A stretch of 64,000 nt of DNA, taken from Sedimentisphaerales bacterium. GTDB taxonomy: Bacteria > Planctomycetota > Phycisphaerae > Sedimentisphaerales > SM23-30. Below, piece by piece: positions 61,595-64,000 of this stretch. The notes under the pieces are model-generated. The model saw only the letters and a list, made by a program, of their open reading frames with translations, ran no database searches and was not told the DNA's origin. The stretch is taken from the NCBI GenBank assembly GCA_963666285.1, contig OY762711.1. One strand, written 5' to 3'. The position numbers were made by a program, and so were the translations under genes. The first letter of the stretch is position 1; each line of letters opens with the position of its first letter.

Positions 61595-64000
61595 ATGAGG
61601 AATGTGATATTTTGTGTGTTAGTTGTATTGTTATGGGTGTCAACAATTGCTCTTGGTGTGGGCGGTGTTATGCCGGGCAGTGGAACGGAAGGTGATCCGT
61701 ATCTGATCGAGGACCTGGCAGATTTTGATGTGTTTGCGGATGAAGCTAATGCCGGGACATATTGGGCTGAGGGAGTGTATACTAAGCTGATGTGTGATAT
61801 AGACTTGTCGGGTCGAACATACGATCGGGCGGTGATTGCGTCTGATACTGATGATACGAATAATTTGTTTCAGGGTATAACTTATAAAGGCAGCTTTGAT
61901 GGTAATAATTGTCTAATTAATAATTTAAAAGTCAGCGGTGCAGAATATTGCGGTTTGTTTGGTCTTAATCAAGGTATAGTAAAGGATCTTGGCGTAACAA
62001 ATACAAGAATTATGTACAACATCCATTTTGCTGGAGCGATAGCAGGTTGGAATGCAGGAGATATCAGCAATTGTTTTTCTACTGGTGAAATTACAGGAAC
62101 AGGAGGAGTAATTGGAGGTTTAGCTGGTAATAATTATGGTACAATAGTTTGTTCTTATTCAACTTGTTCTATTAACAGCTTAACGGAAGACACTGATACA
62201 TTTTCTGTTGGTGGATTAGTGGGGCAGAATGGTCATGGTGAAATTTTAGAAAGTTATTCATCAGGAATTGTTTGTGGGACAGGTTTTGTAGGTGGGCTAG
62301 TTGGGAATAATGGGATTAATGGATTAGTAGAAAACTGTTATTCAGACTGTTATGTCAATTGCTTTGGAAGCTACGCAGGTGGACTTGTTGGAAGCAATGG
62401 ATCTGCATTAATAAGAAAGAGCTACTCGGCTGGTATTATTTGTGGGGCAGGTGAAGGTATTGGTGGTCTTTCTGGTACAAATTACGAAGGTACTATAGAG
62501 AATTGCTATTCGATTGCTTCGGTTAACGGTGGAGGAAGTGTTGGAGGTTTGGTTGGAGGGAACAGTAAAGGAACTGTTACTAACTGTTATGCAACAGGAA
62601 CAGTTATTAGTACAAATGAACAGTTTGGCGGCCTTGTCGGATATAATGGATATCATTTATATCTTGATTCCATAGGTTTAATTGAAAATGGATATTACTT
62701 TCGTTATAGCGGGGAAAGCAATGAGTATGGTATTTGTTTAAATAGTACACAAGTGCAGGATAAGAGTAGTTTTGCCGGATTCGATTTTGAAGATGATGGT
62801 TCAGATGGAACTGATGATATTTGGGCAATTGAAGATGGTTATATGCCAAGACTTTCATGGCAAAAAGATCAGGGTTTTAGGCCACCTCATACCGTTGTTC
62901 TCACATCTTTAATTGGAAGTGGGACAGAGAGTGACCCATACATTATTGCCAATTTTGATGATTTAATGGAATTTAGGTCTAATAGTTCTTTACGGACAGG
63001 ATATTTTAGTTTAGTAGATGATATAGACTTAAATAATTTGAGCTTTTCACATTCTTTTATACCTGAAGTTTTTTATGGGCGTTTTTTCGGTAATGGACAT
63101 AAAATAAATAATTTTACAATTGAGGGGCAAAGCAACCTTGGCTTTTTTAGTGGTTTGTACGGTTCCGTTTATGAATTGGTATTAGATGATGCCTCAATAT
63201 CAGGAAATGGTGATAATGTTGGCGGATTTACAGGATGCAAAATTTCAGGTAGTATAGTAAATTGTTCGTTTAGCGGCTCAGTTAACAGCCTTGGAGCATC
63301 AGTGGGAGGTTTAGCCGGCGAACAAAGATCAGGATATATATATAATTGTATCTCTATTGGAACAGTTTCAGCATTAGATAATGCAGGAGGTTTGGTTGGG
63401 AATAATGAAAGTTATATTCAGACATCATATTCTGTAAGTTCAGTTGATTGTACAGGTGTAAATTCGGGAGGGCTGGTAGGTAATAGTAAAGAGAGTGATA
63501 TAACGAACTGTTATTATTATATCTATTGTGGCGCGTATTTAGATTTTGGCACATCTTTGGATGATGAAGAGTTGGAAAATAAGGACAGTTTTTATGGGTT
63601 TAGCTTTTTAGAAGATGGCGGAAGCGGAGATTGGACGATTAGTGATGGCTATATGCCCAGGTTATTCTATCAGTCGAGTCCTGGTTTTAAAGCTCCACGT
63701 GTTTTAGACGATATTAATACAACACTTACCGGTAAAGGGGAGGCACAAGACCCGTTTATAATTTCTGATTATAATGACCTGATGGAATTCCGAAATAATA
63801 CAGCCCTTCGTATAGGGCATTATCGTTTGGAGTCAGATATAGACCTGTCTGGAAATGTTTATACGAATTCTATTGTTACCGAAAATTTTTATGGACATTT
63901 TAATGGAAATGGGAAAACTATCGATAATCTGGTGATAGAAGGCGTTAGTAATCTTGGGCTATTTAGTTCATTGTTTGGTTCTGTTAAAATGTTAGCTTTA
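61595..64000 (+). CDS. Large secreted GLUG-motif repeat protein, 3'-truncated by the window edge
   Basis: Signal peptide; GSGTEGDPYLI..DIDL..FDGN module and many VGGLVG.N motifs; same frame confirmed at 62915 and 63731; missing from the ORF track because no stop falls in the window. Confidence 0.9.
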   Translation, partial: MRNVIFCVLVVLLWVSTIALGVGGVMPGSGTEGDPYLIEDLADFDVFADEANAGTYWAEGVYTKLMCDIDLSGRTYDRAVIASDTDDTNNLFQGITYKGSFDGNNCLINNLKVSGAEYCGLFGLNQGIVKDLGVTNTRIMYNIHFAGAIAGWNAGDISNCFSTGEITGTGGVIGGLAGNNYGTIVCSYSTCSINSLTEDTDTFSVGGLVGQNGHGEILESYSSGIVCGTGFVGGLVGNNGINGLVENCYSDCYVNCFGSYAGGLVGSNGSALIRKSYSAGIICGAGEGIGGLSGTNYEGTIENCYSIASVNGGGSVGGLVGGNSKGTVTNCYATGTVISTNEQFGGLVGYNGYHLYLDSIGLIENGYYFRYSGESNEYGICLNSTQVQDKSSFAGFDFEDDGSDGTDDIWAIEDGYMPRLSWQKDQGFRPPHTVVLTSLIGSGTESDPYIIANFDDLMEFRSNSSLRTGYFSLVDDIDLNNLSFSHSFIPEVFYGRFFGNGHKINNFTIEGQSNLGFFSGLYGSVYELVLDDASISGNGDNVGGFTGCKISGSIVNCSFSGSVNSLGASVGGLAGEQRSGYIYNCISIGTVSALDNAGGLVGNNESYIQTSYSVSSVDCTGVNSGGLVGNSKESDITNCYYYIYCGAYLDFGTSLDDEELENKDSFYGFSFLEDGGSGDWTISDGYMPRLFYQSSPGFKAPRVLDDINTTLTGKGEAQDPFIISDYNDLMEFRNNTALRIGHYRLESDIDLSGNVYTNSIVTENFYGHFNGNGKTIDNLVIEGVSNLGLFSSLFGSVKMLAL

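Overview
Bacterial chromosomal window, most likely a Planctomycetota (Phycisphaerae/Sedimentisphaerales-like) organism. This is inferred from a PEP-CTERM protein, a dockerin-like secreted protein and a large GLUG-repeat protein. 1-13.3 kb is accessory DNA: the tail of a putative defence locus (histidine-kinase ATPase, receiver-domain fusion, PD-(D/E)XK-like nuclease, small acidic protein, Vsr), a 1.6-kb mosaic of short palindromic and heptamer repeats, and a YtrA/GntR-regulated ABC locus with three highly divergent permease paralogues and an ankyrin protein; two of the permeases share a near-identical ~155-bp leader/5' end. 13.4-58.7 kb is mostly housekeeping and signalling: pyrK-pyrD, SBP-MCP, U32 protein, complete F1Fo atp operon, thyX, AAA/DUF4143, moxR, proB, Cache/PAS kinase, arfB, ispD, btuC-like permease, M48 and M42 peptidases, CNNM, ispA, rfbC, HD-GYP, a cobalamin riboswitch before a DUF4465 PEP-CTERM gene, and xerD. 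The right end has a structured intergenic region, a complete IS3-family element that split a repeat copy, a MITE-like element and the 5' part of a GLUG-repeat protein. Several dispersed non-coding repeat families run through the window. No CRISPR array, rRNA or tRNA was recognised. All calls come from reading motifs by eye; no searches were run.
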